Shown piece after piece: positions 52,689 through 63,877 of a stretch of 64,000 bases of DNA (positions are counted from its first letter, which is position 1; each line of letters starts with the position of its first letter). The position numbers and the translations under genes were made by a program. Source of the DNA: Candidatus Bathyarchaeota archaeon (GTDB taxonomy: Archaea > Thermoproteota > Bathyarchaeia > Bathyarchaeales > Bathycorpusculaceae). The DNA lies in contig CAWDYC010000005.1 in NCBI GenBank assembly GCA_963806535.1, forward strand, positions 338,316 through 402,315, read 5' to 3'. The notes under the pieces are model-generated. The model worked only from the letters and a program-made list of their open reading frames with translations. It was not told the origin of the DNA and did not search any database.

Positions 52689-53708
52689 GTGACTTTTCTG
52701 CAATCTGATATCATTTGTTCTGAATCTTTAGCTTCAATAGTTATTACTTGTTACAGTATGGAAAGACTAGCTGATATTACGGAACTTCTTCTTAAGCTTA
52801 AGAACCAAACTTACACCAATCATGAAATCTTGTTGGTAGTCGAGCATTCAGAAGAGTTGCTTAGAAAATTAACAGACTTTATTGCAAAGAAGAACATGTC
52901 GAATACAAGAATAATTTTTACCAAAAAAATTTTAGGGCTTTCAGGGGCTCGTAACTTGGGTATTAAAGAAGCTAAAGGCGAATTCGTAGCTATAATTGAC
53001 GATGATGCCGTTCCAACCGTAGAATGGCTAGAACAAGCGGTTTATTGCCTTACCCTTAGTCCCTTAGTTATTGGAGTTACAGGTCCCGCTATCCCTCTTT
53101 GGAAAGATAAACCTCTAGAATGGCTTCCTGATGAGCTTCAATGGATCATTGGAGCAACCACTTGGTGGGATAAAGAAAGTTTATGCGAAGTTAGGCACGC
53201 ATGGGGAATGAATTTAGCATTCAAACGCGAAGCTTTTGAAAAGTGCAATGGTTTTTCTGAGCTTCACGGTCTTAAAAAAGGTGAGACAGAAGGAATCGAT
53301 CGATTTCCCCATGAAGATGTTGAGTTTTCTTTACGTGTGAGGAATTTCACTAAAAAACGCATTCTTTATAATCCCAATATGAAGGTTTTTCATAAGGTTA
53401 GTTCTCGTAAAATGAATATAAAATTCTTTGCACAACATGCATATGTTCAGGGATTCGCAAAAAGAATGCTGAAAGAACTTAATGGCAAATACCGCGATTT
53501 ATCTAATTCTGAGAATTCTCTAGACCGTGAATTCACCGTTTTAAAAAGAGTATTTACAAGAGTTTTGCCGAGCTCAATCATGGAATTTCCCAAAAAACCA
53601 ATTTTGACTATACATAAATTGGTAGTAGTCATGGTAGTCCTTTTCTTTTTGGCCATAGGCTACTTTTCACCCTTTTATTTGGTAGTTCGTCATCATTCAA
53701 AGAACTAA
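52689..53708 (+). CDS. GT2 glycosyltransferase
   Basis: GLSGARNLG, IIDDDA, WGMNLAFKR, HEDVEF. Confidence 0.88.
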   Translation: MTFLQSDIICSESLASIVITCYSMERLADITELLLKLKNQTYTNHEILLVVEHSEELLRKLTDFIAKKNMSNTRIIFTKKILGLSGARNLGIKEAKGEFVAIIDDDAVPTVEWLEQAVYCLTLSPLVIGVTGPAIPLWKDKPLEWLPDELQWIIGATTWWDKESLCEVRHAWGMNLAFKREAFEKCNGFSELHGLKKGETEGIDRFPHEDVEFSLRVRNFTKKRILYNPNMKVFHKVSSRKMNIKFFAQHAYVQGFAKRMLKELNGKYRDLSNSENSLDREFTVLKRVFTRVLPSSIMEFPKKPILTIHKLVVVMVVLFFLAIGYFSPFYLVVRHHSKN

Positions 53709-53720
53709 ATAATTGGTCGC

Positions 53721-55425
53721 TTGATAAGAGTCACTTTTTTTCAGTCACTCAAGACCTTTTCAGCTTGGGTTTCAAAATTTGGTATTAACATAAAACTATC
53801 GGAACGTTTGACCAGAATTCTATGGGTCATAATGCTTGTTTTAACTCTCTTGATCTTAATGTATCCAATAAGGCTACAATTGCAATATGGATCGGTCCAA
53901 TCTCTTCAAGTGATCGAAAATCCAATAATTTTTTCTGGGCTTTTCATTAGCTTGATAAGTATATGTTTTATCTTTTTAGTTTTTGAAAAAAACGAAATTG
54001 CTCGTGTATTAGTTATTATTATTATGTCTGTAGTATTCCTAGGCTTTTGGACAATCGGGGTTTATAATGGTACGACTCATGATCAATATGTCAATTTGGG
54101 CATAGTCAATTATATCTTAGGAGGTGGCTCATTTTTTACCAGAGACCTTGCAATGCTATATTTAAATTTCCCAGCTTTGCACATTCTCGGAGCAGAAGCA
54201 TCCTTAATTTTTGGTACTAGCATTTTTGAAATAGCGTATTTACTTTCTCTTGCTTTCACTATAGTTTTTACATTGGAAATTTACGTTTTCTTCCGATCAT
54301 TGTTGAAGAATGAAACGGGAACAATTGTTGCTGCCATTCTTGCAATTTTCGGTAATTTAATATGGTTACATTTTCAGGCATTTATTCCAACGGAATTAGG
54401 CTATATCCTACTAATGGCAATTTTGATTTGTCTTGCACAACGTAGAGAAAAATTAATTTACCTTTTTTGGCCAGTACTTGTAATGGCTTACTTTCCAGCA
54501 TCCTTGTTTTGTCTACTATTGCTAATAATACTTGGCTTAATGGGAAGATTTTCTAAAACTTCTGGCTTGAAGTGGGCGCTGCCATACTGTTTAATTGTTT
54601 TTTTTTCTTGGAATATCTATTGGTCAAATAGTAATTTCTCGCAAATGGTTTCATACTTAAGATATTTTTTATCAATAGGTCAAGACCTTGGTTGGTTTTC
54701 CCAGATTTCAGGAATTGTTTCAAAAGTTCCGTTATGGGTAACCGGAATTGAATATTTCTGGTTTGTCTTTTTAATCGGTTTGGGTTCTATTATTGCTCTT
54801 AATGAATTTCGAAGGATAAAAAAACTTGACTGGGGCACACAATTATTGCTAAGTGGTCTAATAGGAACAATTATTTTCGGTTTATTCAGCGCTTTTGCCT
54901 TTCCAGGTGGCGTTCAGTGGACACGGTTTTTTTATTACAGTCCCATATTTTGTGCGCCATTAATAGCAAGTTTCTTTTTGAAAAAAATGTCAAGAAAGTC
55001 TCAGTTGACTTTTATAGCATTTATTTTAATTTTTCTAGCTTTGCCGTCATTCTTGATGCAATCTTAGAGATATTTCGACTACAGTTATCTATAACTATGA
55101 GCTTTCACTGGGCGTCTTTACTTCAAATCATATAGACGCAGGAACACAGACTATTACAGTAGATTCTGCAACGTCTGCTTTGCTTCAGTATTATATGCCG
55201 AATATTCAGTATGTTACAACATTTAATATTAATATAGACCAGGTTAAGCAAGTTTTTGATAAAAATGTAGGCGGGTTGACTATCCTAACTGCAAAGTTGC
55301 AAGCAACAATGCTCTTCTATTTTGAGGCTAATGTTACTGGCGATCTCCTCACTGGACTGAACCAGTCTGAAAACAGAAGTAATCTAATATATAACTCCGG
55401 AACGGCTCAAGTGTATTTAAAATGA
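53721..55425 (+). CDS. Polytopic membrane protein with soluble C-terminal tail (frameshifted); glycan assembly/transfer candidate
   Basis: Many TM segments, YLNFPALH loop, C-terminal NLIYNSG in the 55180..55425 fragment. Confidence 0.6.
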
Positions 55426-55504
55426 CTGAAATTGAAGAAAATTCCCATTTACGATTTAATGTCTTTTGCTTTAATAGATTTACCACCATGAGTAGTGCAG
55501 AATT

Positions 55505-56401
55505 ATGAAAACCTTACCGATTTCAGTTATTGTTCCTACAAAAAATAATGAAAAAACTATTTGCCAATGCTTGGTCTCTATCGAAAAAAATAAACCGGCG
55601 GAAATCATAATTGTCGATGGTAAGTCCACTGATAAGACATTAGAAATTGCCCGCAAATTTACAGGAAAAATATTCTCAGATGAAGGCAAAGGGCCATGTT
55701 ATGCCCACCAATTAGGCTCAGAATTGGCAAGCCAAGATTACCTTGCATTTATAGACGCAGATATTGTAATAAAAGAAAATACATTATCCGAAATGCTCCT
55801 TGAGTTAAAAGAGTCTGGATATGCTAATATTCAAGCTCGATGGAAAGGCGCACGTCGGTCAACTTATTGGGATCGAGCTCAAGATTGGCATACGCAAATT
55901 TTCCAGAGCCGAAAAGGTGGTGGTCTAAGTGCAGCTTTGCTTAGGAAAGATATTGTTCTATCCATCGGGTTTGATTCTTCACTTCGAGGTGAATTCGCTG
56001 GATTTGCAGGCGATGATTATGACTTTCTACTAAGGCTAAAGAAAAAAGGATATTTAATTGGGAATTCTCGCGCAATTGTTTACCACTATCATCGTGCTGA
56101 CTTTAAGAGTCTCGTTAAACGCCAATTCCAATTTGGCAGAAGCGCCCCATACTTAATGAGAAAGCATGGTATATTTCATGCTGGGCTGTGGCCCCCGTTG
56201 GTTGCACCTTTTTGGATGACTATGTCAGTTATGAAAGGAAAGCCGTGGTATTTGCCATATTTCTTTACTTCTGGGGTTTCGTTAACAGCTGGATTTTTGC
56301 GTGGTTTCAGTGAGTTAAAAGGTGTCAATAAAGTCCTAAGTAAATCAGATACCCACTTAATTCGAAAGCAACAAGTGGTCCGATCTTTAAGCGGTATCTG
56401 A
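55505..56401 (+). CDS. GT2 glycosyltransferase
   Basis: SVIVPTKN, VDGKSTDKT, FIDAD. Confidence 0.9.
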   Translation: MKTLPISVIVPTKNNEKTICQCLVSIEKNKPAEIIIVDGKSTDKTLEIARKFTGKIFSDEGKGPCYAHQLGSELASQDYLAFIDADIVIKENTLSEMLLELKESGYANIQARWKGARRSTYWDRAQDWHTQIFQSRKGGGLSAALLRKDIVLSIGFDSSLRGEFAGFAGDDYDFLLRLKKKGYLIGNSRAIVYHYHRADFKSLVKRQFQFGRSAPYLMRKHGIFHAGLWPPLVAPFWMTMSVMKGKPWYLPYFFTSGVSLTAGFLRGFSELKGVNKVLSKSDTHLIRKQQVVRSLSGI

Positions 56402-56411
56402 TATTAATCAA

Positions 56412-57251
56412 TTGAAAGAAGACTTTAAGAGGGGATTTGGAATGCAGAATAAAGAAGCTGAAATGAGTTTTTCCCGACGAGAATTAGGGGAGGGGGTTTG
56501 GGCTGATTCAAAAAGTCACGCTGACTTAAGAAGGAAACAACTAAACCTGATTATGCCTCTAATCCACGAGCGACACATAGTTTTAGATGCTGGATGTGGT
56601 CCAGGTACATATGGCATAATGCTCGCTCTGCAAGGGATTGAAGTTATTGGAATAGATATATCTGCTGAGAGCTTAAAATTAGCAAAAGAGAGAGCAAAAA
56701 AAGAAAAATCCAATTTCTCGGTAGTAGTGGGTGATTTGGAGAATATGCCTTTTAAAAAGGATATATTTGACTTTTGTCTTTGCGCTTATACTTTACACCA
56801 TTTTCCTGAAATAGTTTCCTCCGTCGGCGAATTTTTCCGTGTTTCCAAAACAAATAGTAGAATTGCGTTTTTAGAACCAAATGGATCTAATCCTTTCATG
56901 AAATTGAGTGGTGTTTTTGAAGGTCTTATGCGAGATTTTCTATTTTCATTAGGGCTTGACACACCTAATGAAATGCTTCATGGAATTGAATATTACACTT
57001 TGGCATTGGCAAGCCAAGGTTATGTTTGTGTGAAGGTTACTTCTCATTGCTTTGAAGGCCTACCTCCTCTCCCGCCGGTAAAAACGAATAGAGGTATTTT
57101 GCCTTTCATGAGTTTGTTTGTAGTTCATTTTGGAGTTCGATTACGGTATTCGTTTTTCAAGCTTAGTAGGATTTTTCCTGACCCGGTCGGTGGTGCAAAC
57201 ATTATGATATTTGGAACCAAGAATATTGTGAAAAATCGAAAACTTACCTGA
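56412..57251 (+). CDS. Class I SAM methyltransferase
   Basis: VLDAGCGPG, GDLENMPF, LHH, EPN. Confidence 0.88.
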   Translation: MKEDFKRGFGMQNKEAEMSFSRRELGEGVWADSKSHADLRRKQLNLIMPLIHERHIVLDAGCGPGTYGIMLALQGIEVIGIDISAESLKLAKERAKKEKSNFSVVVGDLENMPFKKDIFDFCLCAYTLHHFPEIVSSVGEFFRVSKTNSRIAFLEPNGSNPFMKLSGVFEGLMRDFLFSLGLDTPNEMLHGIEYYTLALASQGYVCVKVTSHCFEGLPPLPPVKTNRGILPFMSLFVVHFGVRLRYSFFKLSRIFPDPVGGANIMIFGTKNIVKNRKLT

Positions 57252-57376
57252 GTGAAGTATTACCAAGTTAGCCAAGCATTTAACAAATTGAGAGCAAAAC
57301 TATTAAAACTATTACAATAATCACTCACCCTCAAAGTACAAATTGACTTTAATCATTATGAGAGGCAACTGAGTTA

Positions 57377-58222
57377 ATGTTATTTTCTAAAAAACCGGCT
57401 GGAAGGTGGCGCGTAGCACAAAGTTTTGAACAAAAAAGTTTGGAGAGTACTGATGATCTTAATGAATGGATTCGGGTGAGACGACACACTTGGCGTAACT
57501 TGATCAATTTGTTAAGTGCAAACGTGGTTTTTGATAATTCCACTCGAGTTCTTGATATTGGATGTTCTTCAACCAGTATTTTCCTTGGTTTAGCAAATGG
57601 TGAAAAATACGCCTTGGACCCAAATATTAACCGCCTGTTTTCACTTCATCCATTTCTGCTTAATATAGCAGAATACAAAGATGTGAATTTTGTAAATGCG
57701 GGCATCGAAGAACTTTCTTCCGATAAACCATTTGATGTAATATTTATGATAAATATGTTAGATCACGTCGATGACTTAACACTCGTTACCTCTAAGATTG
57801 ACAAATTGCTGTCTCGAAACGGAAAACTAATTTTGATAGTTGATTGCTATGACGATTTAGTAGTTAGAAATATAATTAGTAGTTTTGATGTAGACCTTCC
57901 GCATCCTCATCACTTTATGCTGCAAGATATTTACTCTTTATTTGGTTCATTTAAACTAATTATGAAAATTCGAGCAGACAGTATTTACGATGAATTAAAT
58001 TTTAGAAACCAGAAAAACAGTATTGAAATTTATCGAGTCGACAAATTTTTAAACAGAATGAAACGCCATCTCATCATGGAAGGCGATGGAACCCTTCTCT
58101 TTACAATAAAATACCTTCTTTGCTATACAATTGCTCTTTCTGTCGCAACGATTCGAAGAAAATCTCATCCAATTCATCCATTAAAGAAACCTTGGCTTTT
58201 TGTTTTTAAGAAAGATAGTTGA
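57377..58222 (+). CDS. Class I SAM methyltransferase (variant motif I)
   Basis: VLDIGCSS, ALDP, NMLDHV. Confidence 0.78.
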   Translation: MLFSKKPAGRWRVAQSFEQKSLESTDDLNEWIRVRRHTWRNLINLLSANVVFDNSTRVLDIGCSSTSIFLGLANGEKYALDPNINRLFSLHPFLLNIAEYKDVNFVNAGIEELSSDKPFDVIFMINMLDHVDDLTLVTSKIDKLLSRNGKLILIVDCYDDLVVRNIISSFDVDLPHPHHFMLQDIYSLFGSFKLIMKIRADSIYDELNFRNQKNSIEIYRVDKFLNRMKRHLIMEGDGTLLFTIKYLLCYTIALSVATIRRKSHPIHPLKKPWLFVFKKDS

Positions 58223-58379
58223 ATTAATTTGCTTGGAAAACCTCTGTCAATCAGTGAAGTGAACGAAAATTTGCAAGAAAAATTTGCTCAGTACTTGCAA
58301 GCTGTTTTTGGATTAATCCAAAATCAGGAGCATAAGAATAATGTCAAAAAAGTGATAATTAATTAAATGGAAATTTAAC

Positions 58380-59126
58380 ATGAAGCGAAATATTAAAGAA
58401 TTGAACGAAATTAAGGTAAATATTGGATGTGGAACAGTTTTTGTTGATGAATGGGTAAATGTAGATATCTTCGCTGGGAAACTGACCAAGCTTCTAGAAT
58501 ATCGGAAAATACGCTTTTTTTTATTAAAATTAGGGTTGGTGGATAAGGGTACTGCTATTCGGGGCCTTCCCAAATATTGGGTATCAGCGGATTTGACAAA
58601 AAAACTTCCATTCAAGTCAAACACAGTCAATTATGTTTTTTGCTCTCACTTAATTGAGCATCTTGAAAAATCTAATGCTGAATTATTAATTAAAGAAATT
58701 TTGCGAATTTTGAGGCCAAATGGTTGTGTAAGAATCGTTGTTCCCAATCTTCAATTTCTTGTCGAGAAATATCAAGAGAAAGATACTAAGTATTGGAGCA
58801 CTTGGGCTGGATATAATTCAGCCGAAACCGCAGCCTCCTGGCTTTGTCTAGCCTTTTATTATGGGTCACCAAAAGAGAAATCAGGTCGTTCTTTCGGTCG
58901 AATTATTAAAAAACTTATTCGGGGCGTTCCAGAACCGAATTCTCATAAATGGTTGTATGATTATGAATCACTTTCAAAACTTATGCTAAACTGCGGTTTT
59001 TCAGAGATAGTTTTGCAAAAATACAAAATTGGAGTTGTTCCTGATATTGACAAGCTTGATAGAAAGGAAACAGAAGAGGATAGTATTTTTGTTGAAGCAA
59101 AAAAGTATTTAAAAACACCGAACTGA
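58380..59126 (+). CDS. Methyltransferase domain protein
   Basis: NIGCG..WVNVD, SHLIEH, RILRPNG..RIVVPN, HKWLYD. Confidence 0.85.
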   Translation: MKRNIKELNEIKVNIGCGTVFVDEWVNVDIFAGKLTKLLEYRKIRFFLLKLGLVDKGTAIRGLPKYWVSADLTKKLPFKSNTVNYVFCSHLIEHLEKSNAELLIKEILRILRPNGCVRIVVPNLQFLVEKYQEKDTKYWSTWAGYNSAETAASWLCLAFYYGSPKEKSGRSFGRIIKKLIRGVPEPNSHKWLYDYESLSKLMLNCGFSEIVLQKYKIGVVPDIDKLDRKETEEDSIFVEAKKYLKTPN

Positions 59127-59378
59127 AAACTATTGTTGAGGCTTTGAGAAGTCGTTGATCAATTAATCTATTCAATCAAAAATTCAATAATTATTAATCC
59201 GGTTACCTATAGATGAAATACAACTGTTCTTACCCCAACTTGCTTTAAGACTTAGTTTTGATCTAACCTGCATTTCCTAAAATCAAGACGAATTTCTCAA
59301 ATAAACGACAATATTATTATAATGCTTTGACTTTTCGGGGTTCCGTATGGTTAGAATTCAGGGGGGCACCAAACAGGA

Positions 59379-60486
59379 ATGGTGATATGTCCTCATTGCT
59401 ATCTCCAATGCGATGAGAGTAAAGTGGGCAAGAACTTTATTTGTCCACGCTGCAAACATCGAATTGTCGGGAATCATCTAATCGGATTTATTTTCTATCT
59501 AAACTATACGTACAAGCAACATAGTGCTTATAGCGCAATACTCAGAGCTATTGTGCAGAGTTATGTTTCTTTAAATGGGCTTTTCTTGATGTCTAAGCAT
59601 GCATTAAGGTCTTCACAGTTTTTATGTATAAATGGTTATAAAATGTACTCAATTCCCAATGATGAGGGTATTTCAAAGGACCTGATTATATTCAAAAGTC
59701 ACGAGAAAACCGCTTCTATGCAGTTATGTAAAGAGCTAAAGAGTGGGATGATTTGTCTTGATATCGGTTCAAATATTGGATATTATGCATTGCTAGAAAG
59801 GGTATCGATTGGAAGGAATGGCAAAGTAATAGCAATCGAGCCTTCTCCTATTGCTTACGCATACTTGAAAAAAAATATTGCGTTAAATAATCTTGGCTCA
59901 ATAGAAGCTTTTCAACTCGCAATTAGTGACAAAGATGGTCATGTGCCCTTTCTAATAAATAAACGCTCAAATGTCTCTCGGGTGCTTCCTGGTTTAAGTG
60001 CACATTGCAATGACCGAGTTATCTACGTAAAATCGAATACCTTAGACTCTTTTGTGAAAGATAATAGAATAATCAAACTTAGACCTAATAAGAATGGATG
60101 TTGAAGGTCATGAAGAAAAAATAATTAAGGGTGGCATTGAAACGTTGCAAATATTTAAGCCATATATTTTGATTGAAATACATAAGTGGCAACTAGGTTC
60201 AGATGCCTTGCGCGCTTTACTACAGATGCTCAAAGATGTGGGGTATTCTGTAAAATATTATATCCAACGCGATTTAGAAATCTTGAGTTTTTTTGGAACT
60301 GCAAAGGGATGGGATCTTCAGAGTTGTACAATAGATAGTTTGTTGCAGCAATCAGATAATCAATTACCTGATTACTTTACGCTCTTTCTGGAGTGTAGAA
60401 AAAGAAAATTAAGCAGAATATTGCAACAAAGCAAAATTAAGCCCTATAGTTTAACTATAAACTATACCTTGCATAGAGTCATTTGA
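59379..60486 (+). CDS. FkbM family methyltransferase (frameshift near 60075)
   Basis: LDIGSNIGYY, AIEP, TLDSF, MDVEGHE. Confidence 0.85.
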
Positions 60487-60941
60487 AGTACCATGAGCAT
60501 AAGCTTTACCCAAATGGATATTCTCCCTTCTAAAGTTGTATCGAGAGATATTCAGTTTGATATAAAACAAATATCAAAAGTTCGATAAACAGCAGATATA
60601 TCTATCTTGGGCTTCAAGAACATAAGAGCGCCCCGAGGTATCTTGGGAAAAAACTTGATGCGTATAGTCTGAGTTATTACAGTGTTTCGACGCTTATCTG
60701 ATATGCGCTAACTGAATTATCATACGTCAAAGTGATGTTCCAGCACTGATCGGATGGTAGAGCGTTTACTGAAATGGATGGACGTTTAATGTTTAACAAC
60801 TTAGCGGACCATATTGTATTAGTGGCAATGTCAACTCAAAATTTTTTTGCGAAGGTAACTAGTTGGCGACTTTAATAGTAATATATGCGTGGAACGCTTC
60901 GCGTTTTAGTGATTTTTGGTAATTGGTGGCGTTTTGGTGAC

Positions 60942-62081
60942 TTATTTTTGAACTTCTACTGCAATCTGATAAGCAGAGACGCTATCAAATGTTAATGCGA
61001 TGGTCCAGCTTTGATCGGCTGGTAATGCAGTTACTGAGATTGAAAGGCGTTTTATGTTCAGCATGCCTGATGTGTCACTTGTTGTTGAGTAAGTGGTTTT
61101 TTGGTATACGGGTATTGCATCTTCTGTGTAGGTCTGGGATGGAGATGTTATTGTGGCATTTATGCTTCCTGGTCCTTGCCATGTAAGCGTAGTTATTACT
61201 TGAGTTGTGCCTTTTGGTATTTTAGCGGTAAGTTGTGAGCAAAACCGGGGCTATTTTGAAAGTTAGTTTGGATCTCAGTGGCGAAAGGGCACGGTTGTAA
61301 AATCTGACCTTCATCAATATCCATTGAATTACCTATTCCACCAAAATTAGGTAATGAATATCTACTACATTAGCGTAGGTTATTGATGTTATAGACCCAG
61401 TCGCTTTTTGCCCTATTAATGCACCGTTAATATAATAATACATAGTAGATGTTGAGCCACTCCAAACAAGCGTAAACGTAATACCATGCATTTTGATTTA
61501 CAAGATAAGTGAACACTGTACTCATTTCCGGATGAATCTCTAAAAAATCCATATAAATTATTATTAACTATTACGACACCAGTTCTTGGATTAGCATTAC
61601 CACCAATTACAAGTTCTCCTGTATAACCAGAATCAAACTAGCACATTTACCCATAAAGACATAGTGAATGCTGTAAAGGCAGTTTGTGTAAAACCCGAAA
61701 CATGAACGCTCTGGCCAGTCGCACTAAGCTGAGCGCATCACCATATTTTCCAGCTACCCAACGTGGTGAACCCTGAAGGGCACCGTTGTTTCCGTTTCCG
61801 CTGCTATCGGCAGTTATGGTTCCTGTTCCTTCGTCGAAATGCCACCAACCAACACACCCTGACGGAGGATTAGGACTTATGAGGGCGGCTTGGGTGGTTT
61901 GACTTTTCTGCAGAAACATTACTGTTGATGTTGCTATGATTGCGATTAGTATTATTGCAATCGCTGCTTTTTCTTCGTCCATACTACGTCGATTCATGAT
62001 GATCTTCCCTGCTTTAGCATCCATTTTATACCCATATAAACCATATTCCCTTTTTCGGAATAAGTCAATGTTCCACACCAA
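60942..62081 (-). CDS. Secreted/surface LamG-domain protein (several frameshifts; may be a pseudogene)
   Basis: N-terminal TM helix, VGWWHFDEGTG..DSSGNGNNG, downstream fragments ending AYQIAVEVQK*. Confidence 0.65.
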
Positions 62082-62132
62082 TAGAGGGTCACGAAATAGT
62101 TTTTCAAGTTTTTCAAAAGAGCTTTGTTGCGT

Positions 62133-62204
62133 TTAGTTCACCTTTAACCATGCCGTGTCGTAGGCGGTAAGTTGCGCGGGAACTAAACCAACCTCCACAA
62201 ATAC
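62133..62204 (-). pseudogene. Orphan 3' gene end VFVEVGLVPAQLTAYDTAWLKVN*, copy 1
   Basis: Homologous to the end of 62874-63020. Confidence 0.65.
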
Positions 62205-62366
62205 TTAAAATATTATTGAAGTTTCTACATTCTCTCTTACAATCACGGTAAGATTTTACGTTTGAGCTTCCTTACTACGAATTTTTCCTCGCCGTCTTAT
62301 CCTGTACTCATAACAGAAGAGTAAGCAAGAAATGATAATAGAGAGAATTCTGAAGTGACTGCTACA

Positions 62367-62585
62367 TTATTTTGTTAGCTCCAAGAATTCCTCTTTTGTC
62401 AACCCGGCTTCTGAAATGATTTCAATAAGTAATCCCCGTTTTATCTCTTTATGTTTTGGAACAGGCACGGCTATGTCATCTTTTACAAGGATCATGTGGC
62501 TTCCCTTTTGCCGAGCTACTCGAAAACCAGCTCTTGCGAGGGCTTTAACAACTTCACGCCACGAGAGCAGAGGGAGCTTCGACAA
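62367..62585 (-). CDS. hicA: HicA toxin
   Basis: GFRVARQKGSHMIL..VPKHKEI. Confidence 0.9.
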   Translation of the reverse strand: MSKLPLLSWREVVKALARAGFRVARQKGSHMILVKDDIAVPVPKHKEIKRGLLIEIISEAGLTKEEFLELTK

Positions 62586-62787
62586 CTACTTCAGCCTTTT
62601 CACCCTTGACTTTTCGACCTAAAAGCTTAGTTTTAACTTCTAAGTAACCTTCTATAGCTTCCTTTACGTTTTTGAGGGCTTCTTCCTTTGTTTCACCTTG
62701 AGTGGCAACTGGAAGCTCTAAACATTTAACTATAAAACCGCCTTCCTCGGCAGGTTCAAGAAGAACTGTGAACTTACGAGCTACCAT
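62554..62787 (-). CDS. hicB: HicB antitoxin
   Basis: EEGGFIV..LP..TQGETKEEALKNVKEAI. Confidence 0.9.
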   Translation of the reverse strand: MVARKFTVLLEPAEEGGFIVKCLELPVATQGETKEEALKNVKEAIEGYLEVKTKLLGRKVKGEKAEVVVEAPSALVA

Positions 62788-62873
62788 GAAATCACCAGCA
62801 GCACCTATCTGCGGCTACACATAAGAACCTTCTGCCAAAAAGCAAAAACACTTGAACCACTTCAAACAATCAA

Positions 62874-63020
62874 TTAATCAACCACTAACCATGCTACATC
62901 GCATGCAGTCAACTGAGCAGGAACCAAACCAACTTCGACAACGTACGTTCCAGCAACATTTGGAATATTCCAGTTGAAACTGTATTCGCTGACCGAGTTG
63001 GAGGTCACGGTTATCGGCAT
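62874..63020 (-). pseudogene. Orphan 3' gene end ...WNIPNVAGTYVVEVGLVPAQLTACDVAWLVVD*, copy 2
   Basis: 48-codon frame sharing VEVGLVPAQLTA with 62133-62204. Confidence 0.65.
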
Positions 63021-63126
63021 ATTTTAAAATCGATTTAGTTTTTGACCCAACACTTGAAAAGATTTATCCAACTATCCAACTATAGGATTATCCTGAGTAG
63101 AATAATATGAAGTTCTATGATAAGCA

Positions 63127-63176
63127 CAAACCAAAAAAGCGAGTTGAAGCACAAAGAAAAAACTTGCACAAAAACC
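63127..63176 (-). repeat. Degenerate handle fragment (copy F)
   Basis: AACCAAAAAAGC...CACAAAG...TTGCACAAAAAC resembles the reverse complement of 27542-27588. Confidence 0.45.
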
Positions 63177-63207
63177 AGGAACCCTTGTTTCAGGTTAAAC
63201 TCCAGAT

Positions 63208-63438
63208 TTAGCTTTTTTCTACTGATTCCAGAAACTCTTCCTTAGATAGTTTGGCATCTTTAATTATCTTTAGAAGCAAACCTGGGCCTATCTCTTCTTT
63301 CGAATGAATAGGAACAACAGTTATTCTTCCATCTGAATGTTTCAATATCACGTGGCTACCACGCTGTCTAATGATTTTAAAACCTAAATTATTTAAGATT
63401 TTCAGAACTTTTCTTGCAGGTAAAGGCTTTAAACTCAC
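63208..63438 (-). CDS. hicA: HicA toxin
   Basis: GFKIIRQRGSHVILKH..VPIH. Confidence 0.9.
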   Translation of the reverse strand: MSLKPLPARKVLKILNNLGFKIIRQRGSHVILKHSDGRITVVPIHSKEEIGPGLLLKIIKDAKLSKEEFLESVEKS

Positions 63439-63651
63439 TCTGCAGAGACCTCTACAAACTGGAGGCCAACTATGTCAATGCGGTCTTTTGGTTGGTTTCC
63501 TTCACATTCCAGATATAATTCAATGGCTTCTTTGATTCTTTTTATTAATTCATCGATAGTTTTTGCTTGAGTGTGGCATCCTGGGAAGCTCGGGGACAGA
63601 GCCAACGTAGTAGCCTGCCTCGTCTTTTTCCACGATAACTGCATACTTCAA
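63435..63651 (-). CDS. hicB: HicB antitoxin (frameshift near 63580)
   Basis: MKYAVIVEKDEAGYYVGSVPEL joined to PGCHTQAKTIDEL..IKEAIELYL. Confidence 0.85.
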
Positions 63652-63780
63652 ATTGTTATCCCTGATAAAGCATTAACGAGGTATCAATAAAAGCTTGTCT
63701 TGAATTAAACAAATACATATGCGATTTTTCTTTCTGCGACATCATTTTTTAGGTGATCCCTTGATCAACTGCGTTAAGAC

Positions 63781-63877
63781 TTGGACTTTTGGGGACGCAA
63801 GGAGACGCTACGTGACGCGTAGTGACTTATAGTGACTCAACCTGAAAGCAAATCAAGCCCAAAACACAAGAAAAACA
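63781..63877 (-). repeat. Handle+decamer element, copy D
   Basis: GAC at 63784, 63794, 63804, 63814, 63824, 63834; shares TGACGCGTAGTGACTTATAGTGAC exactly with copy A, then CAACCTGAAA. Confidence 0.85.

Noticed and set aside
60901-60945. Another decamer array after the LamG stop codon
   Set aside because: Only one good unit (AAGTCACCAAAA on the minus strand), irregular spacing and no handle.
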